Below, in pieces: positions 23,449 to 34,900 of a stretch of 48,268 nt of DNA (position 1 is its first letter; every line of letters starts with the position of its first letter). The stretch lies in contig JAADVB010000143.1 in the NCBI GenBank assembly GCA_023334545.1, forward strand, positions 1 through 48,268. The letters run 5' to 3'. The translations under genes and the position numbers were made by a program. This DNA is from Salisapilia sapeloensis CBS 127946 (lineage: Eukaryota; Protista; Oomycota). The notes below the pieces were generated by a model. That model did not search any database, had not been told where the DNA came from, and was given only the letters and a program-made list of their open reading frames with translations.

Positions 23449-25374
23449 CTAGTCCATGTACATGGCTTCAATATCCTTCGCATACATCTCCGCAATCACT
23501 GGGCGCTTTAGCTTCAGCGTCGGTGTCAGCTCCCCACCTTCTATCGAAAAATCTCGATCTAAGAGGGTAAACTTTTGCACACGCTGCGCTCTGCTCGTCG
23601 CATGTTCATTCGCACGTCGCATGCCGGCTTCAATGTACATGTGGAACTTGTTACAATGCAGCGCTTCTTGCACAGTCATCGCCTTACTACCGATATCTCG
23701 AGCGACGTCGAGTGCCGGTTGAGCCAGTCGATCCGACGGCCATCCGTCAGAATCTAAACGCACACGCAGCGTGCAGAGAAAAGTGAGGTACTTGCGGTTA
23801 TCTCCGACGACCATGACGTTCGAAAGTGCTGGCATCTCGTGCTTGATCGTGTCTTCGATCGTGGCAGGAGGAACATTTTCTCCGCCTCTGGTGACAAGAA
23901 TCTCTTTGATGCGTCCCGTGAGTGACAAGAAGCCATCATCATCAAATACACCCATGTCACCCGAGTGCAGCCATCCGTCACGTAATATCTCTCTCGTCAT
24001 CTTTTCTTCGTTCAAGTACCCCATGCACACATGCCGGCCTTTGTATTGGATCTCACCAGTCTTGTGGTCAATACGAGTACGTGTTGCTGGCATTGGGTTT
24101 CCAATACTTCCGATCTTCCACTTCCCAGGCATATTGATCGAGTGCGGACCAGTGCATTCGGACTGGCCAAAGATCTCTAGCACAGGAATGTCCAGGCTGC
24201 CAAAGAACGAGATGACATCAACTGAAATGGGCGCAGCACCGGAGAAACAAAGCTTGCAGCATTCGAGTCCAAGCTCCTCTTTCACTTTCTTCAAGACCAT
24301 GGAATTTGCGAGTAGGAAGCCTAGGCTCTTCTTCTCACCACCTCCGTACTGGAGTGACTGAGTGTGAGCACTTCCATGCGTCCTCGCCCAGGATGCGAGT
24401 GATTTCTTCAAGCCTTTTGTTTCTTGACCTACTTCATGCATACGTTCCATAATCTTTTCCCATACACGCGGGACACCAAAGAAAAAAGTGGGCTTGATCT
24501 CCTTTAAAGTGTCTACTAGAGCTCCTTTCAAAGCATCTCGACTAGCAAAGCTGACGCGAGAGCCGAGACTCATCGGTACGTGGATATCCAGGAGCTGAGC
24601 CGCGACGTGGGAGAGCGGAAGGAAACTGACGCTACGCTCTTTATTCGACGTCACATCCTTTGCTAGACCGAGGATAGAGGACGCTGTCCAGGTGAGATTG
24701 TCATGGGAGATCATCACGCCTTTCGGAGGACCTGTCGTGCCGGATGTGTAGATCAAGGTGCAGCAATGGCCTGGTAGCTGTCCTTCCATCCGCTGTTGCA
24801 AGTCAATGTCTTCAACCATCGCACCGAACTGTAAGAAGTTGTGGAGACTGTAGATAGGTACAGGACATTGGACATAATCCGGCACTTCGTCTCCCCACAT
24901 GACAATCGCTTTGAGATGCGGTAGTCGATGCGCCATTTCCAAGTACTTGTTCAATTGCGTACGATCTTCGAGGACCACGACTTTGGCTTTCGACTGATTC
25001 GAGATGTAATGGCATGCATTCGGTCCACTCGTCGTGTAGATGCCAGCGATCACAGCGCCAGCGAAGATCGTGCCGCAATTGACAAAGAACCATTCTGGAC
25101 AGTTATATCCAAGGACGTTCACAACATCAAATGGCTCGACACCGATCGATATGAGAGCTTTGGCGAATGTCCGGCACTTTTCATAGTACTGACGCCAAGA
25201 GTAGAAGCGCCAGATCAACTGCTTGTCCATGTAACACAGTGCCGGACCGTCGCCATACTTGCTGACGGTATTCTCGAAGACCTCGAGCACCGTCTTTGGC
25301 TTCCGAGCACCGACACCGTCATGCTCGACCTCGATCTCTGCCACATCGTCTATTTTCCAGCACACCGACGCCAT
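23449..25374 (-). CDS. ACSBG: Long-chain acyl-CoA synthetase, bubblegum (ACSBG) type, 641 aa
   Basis: YTSGTTGPPKGVMISHDN, SFLPLSHVAAQ, FFGVPRVWEK, FGQSECTG, GWLHSGDMG, TGRIKEILVTRGGENVPP, DFSIEGGELTPTLKLKR. Confidence 0.95.
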   Translation of the reverse strand: MASVCWKIDDVAEIEVEHDGVGARKPKTVLEVFENTVSKYGDGPALCYMDKQLIWRFYSWRQYYEKCRTFAKALISIGVEPFDVVNVLGYNCPEWFFVNCGTIFAGAVIAGIYTTSGPNACHYISNQSKAKVVVLEDRTQLNKYLEMAHRLPHLKAIVMWGDEVPDYVQCPVPIYSLHNFLQFGAMVEDIDLQQRMEGQLPGHCCTLIYTSGTTGPPKGVMISHDNLTWTASSILGLAKDVTSNKERSVSFLPLSHVAAQLLDIHVPMSLGSRVSFASRDALKGALVDTLKEIKPTFFFGVPRVWEKIMERMHEVGQETKGLKKSLASWARTHGSAHTQSLQYGGGEKKSLGFLLANSMVLKKVKEELGLECCKLCFSGAAPISVDVISFFGSLDIPVLEIFGQSECTGPHSINMPGKWKIGSIGNPMPATRTRIDHKTGEIQYKGRHVCMGYLNEEKMTREILRDGWLHSGDMGVFDDDGFLSLTGRIKEILVTRGGENVPPATIEDTIKHEMPALSNVMVVGDNRKYLTFLCTLRVRLDSDGWPSDRLAQPALDVARDIGSKAMTVQEALHCNKFHMYIEAGMRRANEHATSRAQRVQKFTLLDRDFSIEGGELTPTLKLKRPVIAEMYAKDIEAMYMD

Positions 25375-25380
25375 GCTTGC

Positions 25381-25398
25381 GAGAAATTGCGAAATGGG
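25381..25398 (-). promoter_or_regulatory. Oomycete INR+FPR core promoter of the acyl-CoA synthetase
   Basis: Minus strand CCCATTTCGCAATTTCTC, matching CATTYYNCAWTTT, just upstream of the ATG. Confidence 0.75.
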
Positions 25399-25721
25399 TC
25401 ACACGAGACGAAGTCACGTCTGGTATACAAAAACCAAGTCAAAGAGACACAGTGTAATGCCGGAGCCGGACAGCGTTGGTAATCCAGTGCAATTACGCTC
25501 CCGGTCGTACACCTTCATCAGCTCGTGACGCATTCGTCTAAACGAGGCATTCGCTAGGTACACTCCATACCCCAGAGGATCTTCCTTTGACTAGCATGTC
25601 AGACGTAACCGCCATCGCTTGAACTTCAAGGATCCGTGCCACACTTGCTTTCACTATACTTCCGACTCGATGGAGATGTGCTGTTTGCAAAGAAAAGAAT
25701 GTTCATGTTGTCTTTCTTACT

Positions 25722-27448
25722 CTAGTTCGAGTACGCCAAATACTTGTTCAGCATGTTTGCCGTCGAGCTGTTGAAGCCCTCGACCTGCGCGTTCTGCTTA
25801 CGGCTAGATTCGAGCTGCGAGCGCACTTGCTTCGCCAAGACCTTGCCGAGCTCCACGCCCCACTGATCGAAGCTGTTGATGCCCCAAATGGCACCTTGGA
25901 CGACCGTACGGTGCTCGTACAGCGCCAACAACTGTCCAGTCGTGAACGCGTCGAGCTTGCCAAAGAGAAGGGAAAGCGACGGACGGTTGCCAGGGAACAG
26001 CTTGTGGTTGCGGAGTTCCTGCGGCACTCCTTCCTTTTCCAAATCCTCCATGCTCTTACCCGTTGCCAAGGCATCCGGCTGGGCAAAGAAGTTGCTCATG
26101 AGCTCATCGTGGTTCGCAACAGACTCACCGTCCATTGCGACAGGGTTCTGGCTCTGGCAAAAGCCGATAAAGTCACACGGGACAACACGGCCTTGATGAA
26201 TGAGCTGGTAGAAGCTGTGCTGGCCGTTCGTGCCAGGCTCACCAAAGTTGATTTCGCCAGCCTGGAACGGGAGGTCATAGCCCTCCATGCTCACACGCTT
26301 ACCGTTGCTTTCCATGTCCACTTGTTGGATGTGGGCAGAGAAACGGAGCAGAGCCTGCGAGTACGGCAGGAGCGCGCGAGTAGCATGGCCCATGAACGAC
26401 GAGTTCCACACACCGAGCAGTCCCATGATCACAGGCAAGTTCTCCTTCGTTGGGGCAGTCAAGAAGTGCGTGTCCATGTCATGCGCACCGGCAAGGAACG
26501 AGTCCGTGATCTCCGCACCGTAGTGGAGCGTCAAGGGGAGCATGCCGACGGCACTCGTGACACTGTATCGGCCACCGACCCAGTCCCAGAATCCGAACGT
26601 GTTGTTCGCTTCAATACCAAACTCCTTGACCTTATCGACAGCAGAGCTAGCGGCAACCATGTGGAGGCGAACGGCATCGCTTTCACTCACCCCCTTCTTC
26701 GTGAGGTCATCAACCAGCCACTTGCGGAGCGTACGGGCGTTGAGCATCGTTTCAGCAGTGGTGAATGTTTTGGATACAACGACAACGATCGTCTCTTCCG
26801 GGTCCAAGCCTTCGGTGGCACGGGCAACGTCGACAGGGTCAACGTTCGCGAGGAAGCGCAGGTTGCGACCAGCAGAAGCCTTCTTGGCCTCCGGCTCGAA
26901 GCGCAACGCTTCGTAGACGAACTCCGGGCCGAGGTAGCTTCCGCCAATACCAATGGAAATGACGTTTTTCAAAGTCTTGCCGGTCGATCCCTTCTTTTCA
27001 CCCGAACGGATGCTCGAGGCGAGCTCCTTGATGCGGTCAAGCACCGAGTGGACCTCCGGAACAACGTCCTTGCCATCGACCGTCATGGACTTGCCCTTGG
27101 GGGCGCGCAACGCCATGTGCATGACTGCGCGGTCCTCGGTCGCATTCACGTGGTCGCCATTCGCAATTGCGTCCTACAAAACGTTGTCACTACATGGATG
27201 CATATAGAAGTGTCAACGCATCTTACGATTTTCTGCTTGAGATTCGCAGTGTTGGCAAGATCCGTGAGGAGATCCATGGTCTGTGCCGTGGCATTTTGAC
27301 GCGAGTAGTCGAGGTAGATGCCATTTTGCTCCGTGCGCATCTGCTGACTACGCTGTTCGTCTTGCAACAGGTTGCGCAAGTGCGTCGACTGCTTAATCTC
27401 TTCGGCATGTGCCTGCAACTTTTTCCAAGCTTCCGTCTCGTTAATCAT
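25722..27448 (-). CDS. GPI: Glucose-6-phosphate isomerase; 2 exons (intron 27174..27226)
   Basis: [93 protein letters not shown]. Strong GC3 codon bias. Confidence 0.98.
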
Positions 27449-27483
27449 CTTGTAAGTGTTTCTTATGTCTTGTGCTCTACGAC

Positions 27484-27500
27484 GCAAATTGAGAAATGAA
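27484..27500 (-). promoter_or_regulatory. Oomycete INR+FPR core promoter of GPI
   Basis: Minus strand TTCATTTCTCAATTTGC, a full match to CATTYYNCAWTTTNC, about 36 nt upstream of the ATG. Confidence 0.85.
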
Positions 27501-27580
27501 GAGCGTCAGACGTATCTTTTAATCGTGTATACTTTAAGTCATATAAAATTTTCTACCAGCCAATCGCACAGTAATTCAGC

Positions 27581-28039
27581 ATGGCATCGAAGGCAGATTC
27601 GTCCCAAAGGATGGGGGATCTCATGCTCCGCGGATGGACTATGATGGGTGTGTCATGTCCGGCGGATGATTGTTATACGCCCTTGATGAAGAATCGAGAA
27701 GGCAAAATGTATTGCGTAAGCTGCGACCAATACGTCATCACGGAGGAAGAGGCTAAGCAAGAAGAACAGCGAAAGGCAGAAGAAGAACCTGCACAGGAGG
27801 CTCCAGAGGCCAAGGAAGAGGATGCAATCCAAGTGCCGCAACAGATAGCTCAGGATCCAGTCTCACCGATGAATAGTTCGGTGGAAGTGAATAAAGCATA
27901 TGCGCTGTCGGCGATGTACAAGAAAATCGGATCGTTGACCGAGTCGCTCTCGCACAAAGATAGTCTAGACCAGTTGCAAGCAGTGACCAAGTCCATTCGT
28001 GAACTATCCGAATCAATTCGGGCACTCACTCACACTTAA
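27581..28039 (+). CDS. ZNRD2: SSSCA1/ZNRD2 (autoantigen p27) family zinc-ribbon protein, 152 aa
   Basis: MGDLMLRGWTMMGVSCP..CYTPLMKNREGKMYCVSC, followed by an acidic linker and a C-terminal helical segment. Confidence 0.85.
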   Translation: MASKADSSQRMGDLMLRGWTMMGVSCPADDCYTPLMKNREGKMYCVSCDQYVITEEEAKQEEQRKAEEEPAQEAPEAKEEDAIQVPQQIAQDPVSPMNSSVEVNKAYALSAMYKKIGSLTESLSHKDSLDQLQAVTKSIRELSESIRALTHT

Positions 28040-28142
28040 GCGTCGCGATCCACGGCTGCTAGACAAGCCAAAAATAAGTTTTTCGGTTCCGACATCCAAA
28101 TTTGCTTTCTTGCCTCTCCACCTTCCCATTAAACTTACGTTG

Positions 28143-30644
28143 ATGGGCCAGACGGAGCACAGTCCCGCCGAAAGCTATGTTGTGCTATCAAGTGATCGAT
28201 TATATGTGACGATCAACGGGGCATGTGCGTTTTTCACGGCACACTTATCGGTCCTACCAACGCATCCGGTGACTCTATCCTGCACTAGCACAAGTCTTGT
28301 TCTGCATGTTTCGCCACCCTCTTGGACATTTACACCTGACAACTATGCCGACGCTTACATCTTTCGTGTGGATGCTATTCCCGGTATGTCTTCTCCGACA
28401 AAGTCCACCGACGGAGAAGAAGATTCGAACAATGTACTGGACAGTACTGTCAACTCTGGGACGTCCATCCAAAGCATCGAAGTCATGGTATCGAGTGTTG
28501 ATCCTCGCTTCCATAGCAGCTACCGATCATATCAACCAACCTCGCTCATAGTTCACTTGCGGTCGAAAGATGGTAACTTTATGTTTTGTTCCGGATATGC
28601 TCAAGCGGCAGCATCATCGGACGGAAAAGACATGAAAACGCCAAAGACAGAATTTTATTCAACTTTAACACAAGTGTCTATCTTTCTACGTTCTCACCGG
28701 CGTCAGAAGTTGCTGTTACAGGATGAAATGAATCAATATACCCCATTGACGCAGAGAAATCCTCGACGTCCAACGACTAATACGACCAAGACACGAACAT
28801 CTTTGATGAAAAGCAAGAATATACGCCCATCCATGTGTCGTCCGCAACCTTCAACGCGAAAATTAAGTTTAAGTCTGCCCAGCGTTCTTCCTGTAACTCA
28901 TCCAAATAGCACGGAGATCACGAAAGTAGCATGTCAAGGAAACCGATCTGCCGTCCTTGGTCGGAACGGATACTTGATTATGCTTGGTGAGGTCCTATCG
29001 AAAACCTCCACAACAGCAAAAGTGACTCGGAACAAGAATTTTCATCGCGATGGAAAAAGCTTGGAGACAGTAGCCGACGTCCTTCGAACCTACCTGATCG
29101 TCGACGTAGATTGCAGCGAAACGCATGTTGCTGCTGTGACAGAACGCGGGAACGTCTTGACATGGGGAGACGAGAGTATGAGAGGGTTACTCGGTCACGG
29201 TCAGAATCACTCGGCACCTCTACCTCAAGTTATCGGAACGCTGATTCACAAGCGTATCCGACAAGTTGCGTGTGGTCTGCAGCACACTGTGGCGTTGTCT
29301 GAGGATGGGAGTGTGTTTACTTGGGGTGACGGTGGAATGGGCGCGCTTGGACATGGTTTAAAGACCAATGAGCAGAACTTTGACAGCAAAGCAGTACCGA
29401 CTGAAGTAATCTCTCTTCGCAGCAAGCAATATGATACAGTTCATAAAGTAGCTTGTGGCGAGATGCACACTGTTATGGTAACACAGCGTGGGCGAGTGTT
29501 GACTTGCGGGCGTGCTCAGCATGGGACGTTGGGTCGAAGACTTAATGGATACCAAGATGGATGCTCCGTTCTGACACCGATCACGCTCCCTCCCCAACAG
29601 AATAAGAGTTCAAAGCTGTCTTCACTTGCAACCTCAGTTGCTTGCGGTACTGCATTCACACTTGTGCTGACAGCATCTAATTCCATTGTTGTGTTCGGTT
29701 CAAATGATAGAGGTCAGCTTGGTCTAGGGGATCGTCGGGACCGCATGAAACCGACGCTAGTGCCCTACTTTGACACAGATCACTTGCCAGTGGTGTCTGT
29801 GGAAGCAGGAAGATGGCATTCTCTAGCTCTTGTCCAAGACGGAAGGATGTTCGCGTGGGGCAGTGATGAACTAAGCCAATGTAGCTTGAGCGATCTTGCG
29901 GAAATTTACACCGTGCCTCGATTCGTTCTATCGGCTTTTGGCTTTGGCATCACACAAATAGCTGCAGGGTCTGGGCACACGATAGTGATTACAAAAGGTT
30001 CAACCAGGTACATCGATACGAAGCAGGGAAGAACGTTGGACGTAGTGCGTGAAGCTCTCGAGGATGACAGTAAACGAAGGAAACCTATTTTGAAGAAGGC
30101 AGAAGTAAAGACCAAAGTGTTCGAGGCGTCCAAACGACAAAATTGGCCACACCCCACAGTGCGTTACTCGAGGCCACCAGAGTCTGTTGCAGAGTTAATT
30201 GCGCGACGCAAAACAAATTGCCAAGGAGAAGATATATGTATTTCGAAGAAGACAAAGCCGCAGTCGCATCTAGAGTCCCCGTCGCGCTCAGTACTTTTAT
30301 CGCATGAAAGAAAGAAAAAGAATAGACCGCGAACTGCGACTGTAGTCATTTCACCTCGAGTGAAGAAACATACGAACCCATTTGCTGCTCCAACACCACC
30401 AAAGCAATTGCTCCTGCCAGTTCCACCTTCGTTCGATAAGCTCACTGGTAGTCAGCATACTACGAAGGAACAATCTTTGGAGTGTCAAGAAACAGAGACT
30501 AATTTCCGAGGGACAAATATTTGTAAAAACGAGTTTCATGTATCGTCTGGACCGAAAGGAAATGTTTTGCAGCCAGCTAGACGACCACAATCAGCTCCAT
30601 CTAATCATAATAGAATCTCAGGATGCGTATATGATCATCTTTAA
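28143..30644 (+). CDS. RCC1-repeat protein with putative N-terminal Ig-like domain (~833 aa from ATG 28143)
   Basis: Several RCC1 blades: DVDCSETHVAAVTERGNVLTWG, QVACGLQHTVALSEDGSVFTWGDG.MGALGHG, VACGEMHT, VACGTAFT..VFGSNDRGQLGLGD, EAGRWHSLAL..MFAWG, QIAAGSGHT. Confidence 0.88.
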   Translation: MGQTEHSPAESYVVLSSDRLYVTINGACAFFTAHLSVLPTHPVTLSCTSTSLVLHVSPPSWTFTPDNYADAYIFRVDAIPGMSSPTKSTDGEEDSNNVLDSTVNSGTSIQSIEVMVSSVDPRFHSSYRSYQPTSLIVHLRSKDGNFMFCSGYAQAAASSDGKDMKTPKTEFYSTLTQVSIFLRSHRRQKLLLQDEMNQYTPLTQRNPRRPTTNTTKTRTSLMKSKNIRPSMCRPQPSTRKLSLSLPSVLPVTHPNSTEITKVACQGNRSAVLGRNGYLIMLGEVLSKTSTTAKVTRNKNFHRDGKSLETVADVLRTYLIVDVDCSETHVAAVTERGNVLTWGDESMRGLLGHGQNHSAPLPQVIGTLIHKRIRQVACGLQHTVALSEDGSVFTWGDGGMGALGHGLKTNEQNFDSKAVPTEVISLRSKQYDTVHKVACGEMHTVMVTQRGRVLTCGRAQHGTLGRRLNGYQDGCSVLTPITLPPQQNKSSKLSSLATSVACGTAFTLVLTASNSIVVFGSNDRGQLGLGDRRDRMKPTLVPYFDTDHLPVVSVEAGRWHSLALVQDGRMFAWGSDELSQCSLSDLAEIYTVPRFVLSAFGFGITQIAAGSGHTIVITKGSTRYIDTKQGRTLDVVREALEDDSKRRKPILKKAEVKTKVFEASKRQNWPHPTVRYSRPPESVAELIARRKTNCQGEDICISKKTKPQSHLESPSRSVLLSHERKKKNRPRTATVVISPRVKKHTNPFAAPTPPKQLLLPVPPSFDKLTGSQHTTKEQSLECQETETNFRGTNICKNEFHVSSGPKGNVLQPARRPQSAPSNHNRISGCVYDHL

Positions 30645-30713
30645 CATGTACTGGTGGTTTCATAACCTGGCGTGTAGCATTTCCAGATTTCACCTTCGAT
30701 AGTCACGACTGGA

Positions 30714-31835
30714 ATGGCTTTAAACAGTCGCATTAAGCACCTGACTTCTCATGGTGCTTATCTGCACAAGCGGACCACATCAGAGCACTTGACCTTAGTA
30801 TCAGTTAAAGATGATATAAGTGAACAGCCACAAGAGCTTGTTGCAGAAGCTTTTGCCGCGGAAAACTATCCTCACTTACTGCATTTACTTCGTGAAGGCG
30901 ACGAAGTTTTGCGCAAGCGGGTGCTAATAGCAATGACTGAAGTCTTTAGGCTACCTCAAGTTATGGTCATGTGTCTCCGGCTTGGTCTGTTAGAGCTTAT
31001 AGAAAGCAACATTTTAGATAAGGATCGAGAAGTTCAGGAAGCGGCCGCTCAAGCGCTCTGTACAATAGCAAACTCTGTGTGCGGCTGCCCCGCAATCCTA
31101 AAGGGTAGAACTGTCCGACGCATTGCACCAGTCTTGTCAGAAGCTACAAATATTAAAGCTGCTTGTTTCCTGTACGATGCATTGCTCAGCATCTCGAAGC
31201 GTATAATGGGTGCACAAGAGCTTTCATCGAACGGCTACTTGGACATCGCTATAGCCCATCTCAAACGTCAATCAGCAGGCAAGTCATTGCGGCTTCGAGC
31301 TCTTAAATTGCTTAAACAAACATTAAATGATGGCGCAGACATGACTGTCCTTCGTGCCCTCGAGCTAAACTCAGTGGACTTGGTTGGGAAATTGTTGCAC
31401 AGCACAGATTGGGAACTTCGAGCTGCTGCCTGCAATGTCATCGCAACATTATGCTACTTGGATAAAGCTCGTCATATTGTTGTGGGTGCAGGATATGTTC
31501 AAGTCTTGTGCGGCCTTTTGACCGATCGCTGGTGGCAGGTCACTGCCGCAAGTGTAGGAGCCTTGATGGTGGTCGCCATGGATGACGAGGCTAAACTTGC
31601 TATCGTTGCGGCACATGGACTTGATTGCGTCAATCACCTATTGGAGTCTTCACGGGATTTGGTAAAATTGAACACGCTGAAGATGATTGCTACTGTCGCT
31701 GCTTTGCCAGGTGCACGTAAAATATTATCTGCGCTTGAGACGGTATATCTTCTCGAGGGTTTGAGCGACGGAAATGATGAATTACTGGCAAAGAGTGCCT
31801 CTAAAGCCTTGAAAGTCGTGCAGTGGAAACCTTGA
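30714..31835 (+). CDS. RSPH14: Armadillo-repeat protein, radial spoke head 14 (RSPH14/RTDR1) homolog, 373 aa
   Basis: ARM/HEAT repeats throughout. The segment order and the terminal SKALKVVQWKP resemble RSPH14 (animal C-terminus ..VIEFKP, from recall). Confidence 0.75.
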   Translation: MALNSRIKHLTSHGAYLHKRTTSEHLTLVSVKDDISEQPQELVAEAFAAENYPHLLHLLREGDEVLRKRVLIAMTEVFRLPQVMVMCLRLGLLELIESNILDKDREVQEAAAQALCTIANSVCGCPAILKGRTVRRIAPVLSEATNIKAACFLYDALLSISKRIMGAQELSSNGYLDIAIAHLKRQSAGKSLRLRALKLLKQTLNDGADMTVLRALELNSVDLVGKLLHSTDWELRAAACNVIATLCYLDKARHIVVGAGYVQVLCGLLTDRWWQVTAASVGALMVVAMDDEAKLAIVAAHGLDCVNHLLESSRDLVKLNTLKMIATVAALPGARKILSALETVYLLEGLSDGNDELLAKSASKALKVVQWKP

Positions 31836-31971
31836 TTACTATGTAAGATCGTTCAGTCGACTAGGAAAGACTCACATTCCGCATTTAAAAACTAAAGATG
31901 AAAATAGCATTCGTTTCGGAATTGAATTTGATAACATACTTGGTAATTTCAGCAACTAAGTGGAGTGAGGA

Positions 31972-34900
31972 ATGCCCAAGAGGATTGAAATCAATGCTTC
32001 TAAACAGCCTCAAGCTCAACAACAAACCCACCGGTCTCCTTATGTACTTATTTAGGAACATCTCTTCGCACAATTAGCACTTATCTAAACATATCGTAGG
32101 AATCTTCACAAGAGATAGTGTTTTCAGGGAAAGGATTTCCACTGCGAAAGTGTAAGAGGAGGCAGAAGTTACCATCGAAGCTGGCTTCCATTTCTTCAAA
32201 GGATAGATCATCTTCTCCGCAACATCCGAACGCTGTACACATTGAAGCCTGGGGTGACAATGCGCTATTGTTCTCTTCACCAACTTTAGTTGAAAAGAAT
32301 GGCGTGATTCCGCGGAAACCGTCTCCCATGCTACCAAGGCATGAGTATAACTTTTCGATGAGACACAGTGGTCATGTATATGCTAACAGTGTTCATGTTG
32401 CTAGATAGAAATTCGGATTTCCAAAAGCTATTCATTAAGGCTATGCAGGCTGGAGAAGGAATGGATGGATCAGCCAGTTTACAAACACCTACAGAAGTTC
32501 CTTCACACTTCGTGCATAGCGTACATGTAGATGTCAGTAAGTGGAGCATGATTGTGGGAAACCAGACGCTGTTTCATATAGCTGCAAATAATGAACGCAT
32601 TTTCAACGTTGCTCGGCAAGAGGCTGGAAATAAAAGTATTGTAGACGTACTCAAAACCGACCTGCGGACAAAAACTCTGCTATTGAATGGCGCGACTAAA
32701 ATTTCGGATAGTGGGCTTAAAGCTGTGGCACGCACAACACCAACTTTACAAGCTCTTGGAATTGCTCATGCTCGAAAGATAACGGATAAGGCACTTCGTG
32801 TCGTTGCTGAGCATTGCTCACAGCTGAAGACTCTCAATCTATCTGGATGCATCGGTATTAAAGGCACTGGACTCGAGTCAGTTGGCAAGAGATGCTATGG
32901 AATCGAAGAGTTGACGATCACAGACTGTCCTCATCTACCAAAGTGGGTTCTAACACGCTGCTTTACCGCTTTTACCCAGCTTCGAGTTCTCGATGTTTCC
33001 CGTAGTGACCAGATTGAGGACACGCTTCTCCATACTCTTTCAAATCATTGCTCGAAGCTACAGTCTTTGTATCTCACGAGTTGCTACAAAGTTACCGACA
33101 GCGGCATTACTTCCATTGCTCATGGCTGTCGAAAACTACAAGTTCTAATAGCCAATTTCAAGCCGACTGGAAGGAGCGAAGGAAACTCTATGATTACAGA
33201 TATCTCATGCGTTGCAATTGGGGAAAATTGTCATCAAGTGATTGAGCTCAACCTCACGGGGTGCCACAAAATCACGGATGTTGGTATCAAGTGGATTGCT
33301 GAAGGGTGCCCAAGGTTGATGCAACTGACGACTAACAATTTAACGGACATATCTGATGCTAGCTTGAGGAGCCTTGGTGGTCATTGCTCGAACTTGCGGT
33401 CATTTCGATTCAATAACGTCAAAAACATATCCGACGTTGGACTGCGTGTTCTATCGTCTGGGTGTCCTCGGCTCGAATGCCTGCATGCTAGTAACGTCTA
33501 CCTCATATCGGATGGTAGTCGACGGGACTTTGGACTAGAAGGACTCCAGGCAGTGACTGCCACGTGCAAAAGTAAGTCCAAGTTACTGCATTTATCATCA
33601 TTCAATTTCATTATTATCTTACTCAAACGATTTACAAATAGATCTGCAGGAAATAAACCTTAGTGGATGCTTCCAAGTCATCGAACGTGCTTTACGAGCA
33701 TTGGGTGAGAATTGTGTCCACTTGCGGAAAGTGAATCTCGCGGCTTGTCCAAACGTGACGATGGATGGTGTTCAGTACTTATTAAAAGGATGTCCTCAAC
33801 TTGCCTCGTTAAATCTATCCGGCATGACATCATGCACAAATGCGATATTCGCCACCATTTCTACATCAAATCCATGCTTGAAAAAGCTATGGCTCGCTGA
33901 CTGCGACAGAATCAGTGATCGAGGACTGCGGTGCTTAGCAACTTGTGCCGATCAATTCGAGCTCTTGGATCTCTCTCAGTGCTACCAAATCACGGACGAA
34001 GGAATGAATACTTTTGTGGATAGTCTTCGGAAACCTGCACTGGCACATCTCATCCTTGTTGGATGTAGATACATATCACTCGACTCTATTTCTAAACTAG
34101 CGCTACTGTGTCCATTCCTGTTAACATTAAGTGTCCGGGTAAGTTTACCATAGAGGCATGTAGATACCATATTAAACAATTATCGTTATATATGAACAGG
34201 GGTGCGGTATCACTGGATCGGAAGTGAAGAGTTTAAGTACTGCATGGCCATTTTCAGAGCTGCGTCTACCATCCGGAACAGGTTCATCAATACACTCCGA
34301 CATGGGTGTCTTCCCAACGCATCGTGCCAAGGAGAAGCGAGCGTTGGAAGAGTTTTGTGTCAAATGGAATGCAGTCGTTCGGATTCAAAAGCTATTTCGA
34401 AGTAAAAAAGCAAGAGGAGTCATGTATATTCGACGGACGGAAGCATACTTGGAGTACATTGTGCGAAGACTGCAAAGTATGTGGCGCGGTCGTCAAGGTC
34501 GTCGACGTGCAGTTGTCGAACGGTTCATTATGAATGGAAAAGGTAAAGCTGCCGCAGTGGTTCAGCGACGTTTCCGGGCGATGCAAGCAGCCAAGTTAGA
34601 GCTAAGGCGGAAGGAAGAGCGAAATTTGGAAATGCTTCCGTATGTGCAGTTCGTACAACGCAAGTATCGCGATAGACGTGCCATTGACGCAGCTAAAGTC
34701 ATATTGCGAGAGAAACGAAGACAACGGGCGGCAGAAATTCTCGCAGCAACAAGAATTCAGCGGCGTTACCGTGGAAATGCAGCTCGAAAGCTCTTCCTGA
34801 TGATGAAAGAAAGCGTACGTCTGCAAAAAGAAAAGGAACGTCGAGCAGCAACTTGCATCCAACGCATCTATCGCGGTCAGAATGCCAAGAAGTTATTGGA

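Noticed and set aside
25827-27299. 490-aa plus-strand ORF antisense to GPI
   Set aside because: A shadow frame caused by the strong GC3 bias of GPI. It has no motifs and ends near the GPI boundaries.
27999-28142. N-terminal extension of the RCC1 ORF overlapping ZNRD2
   Set aside because: It relies on a non-ATG start inside the upstream gene; the ATG at 28143 is more plausible.
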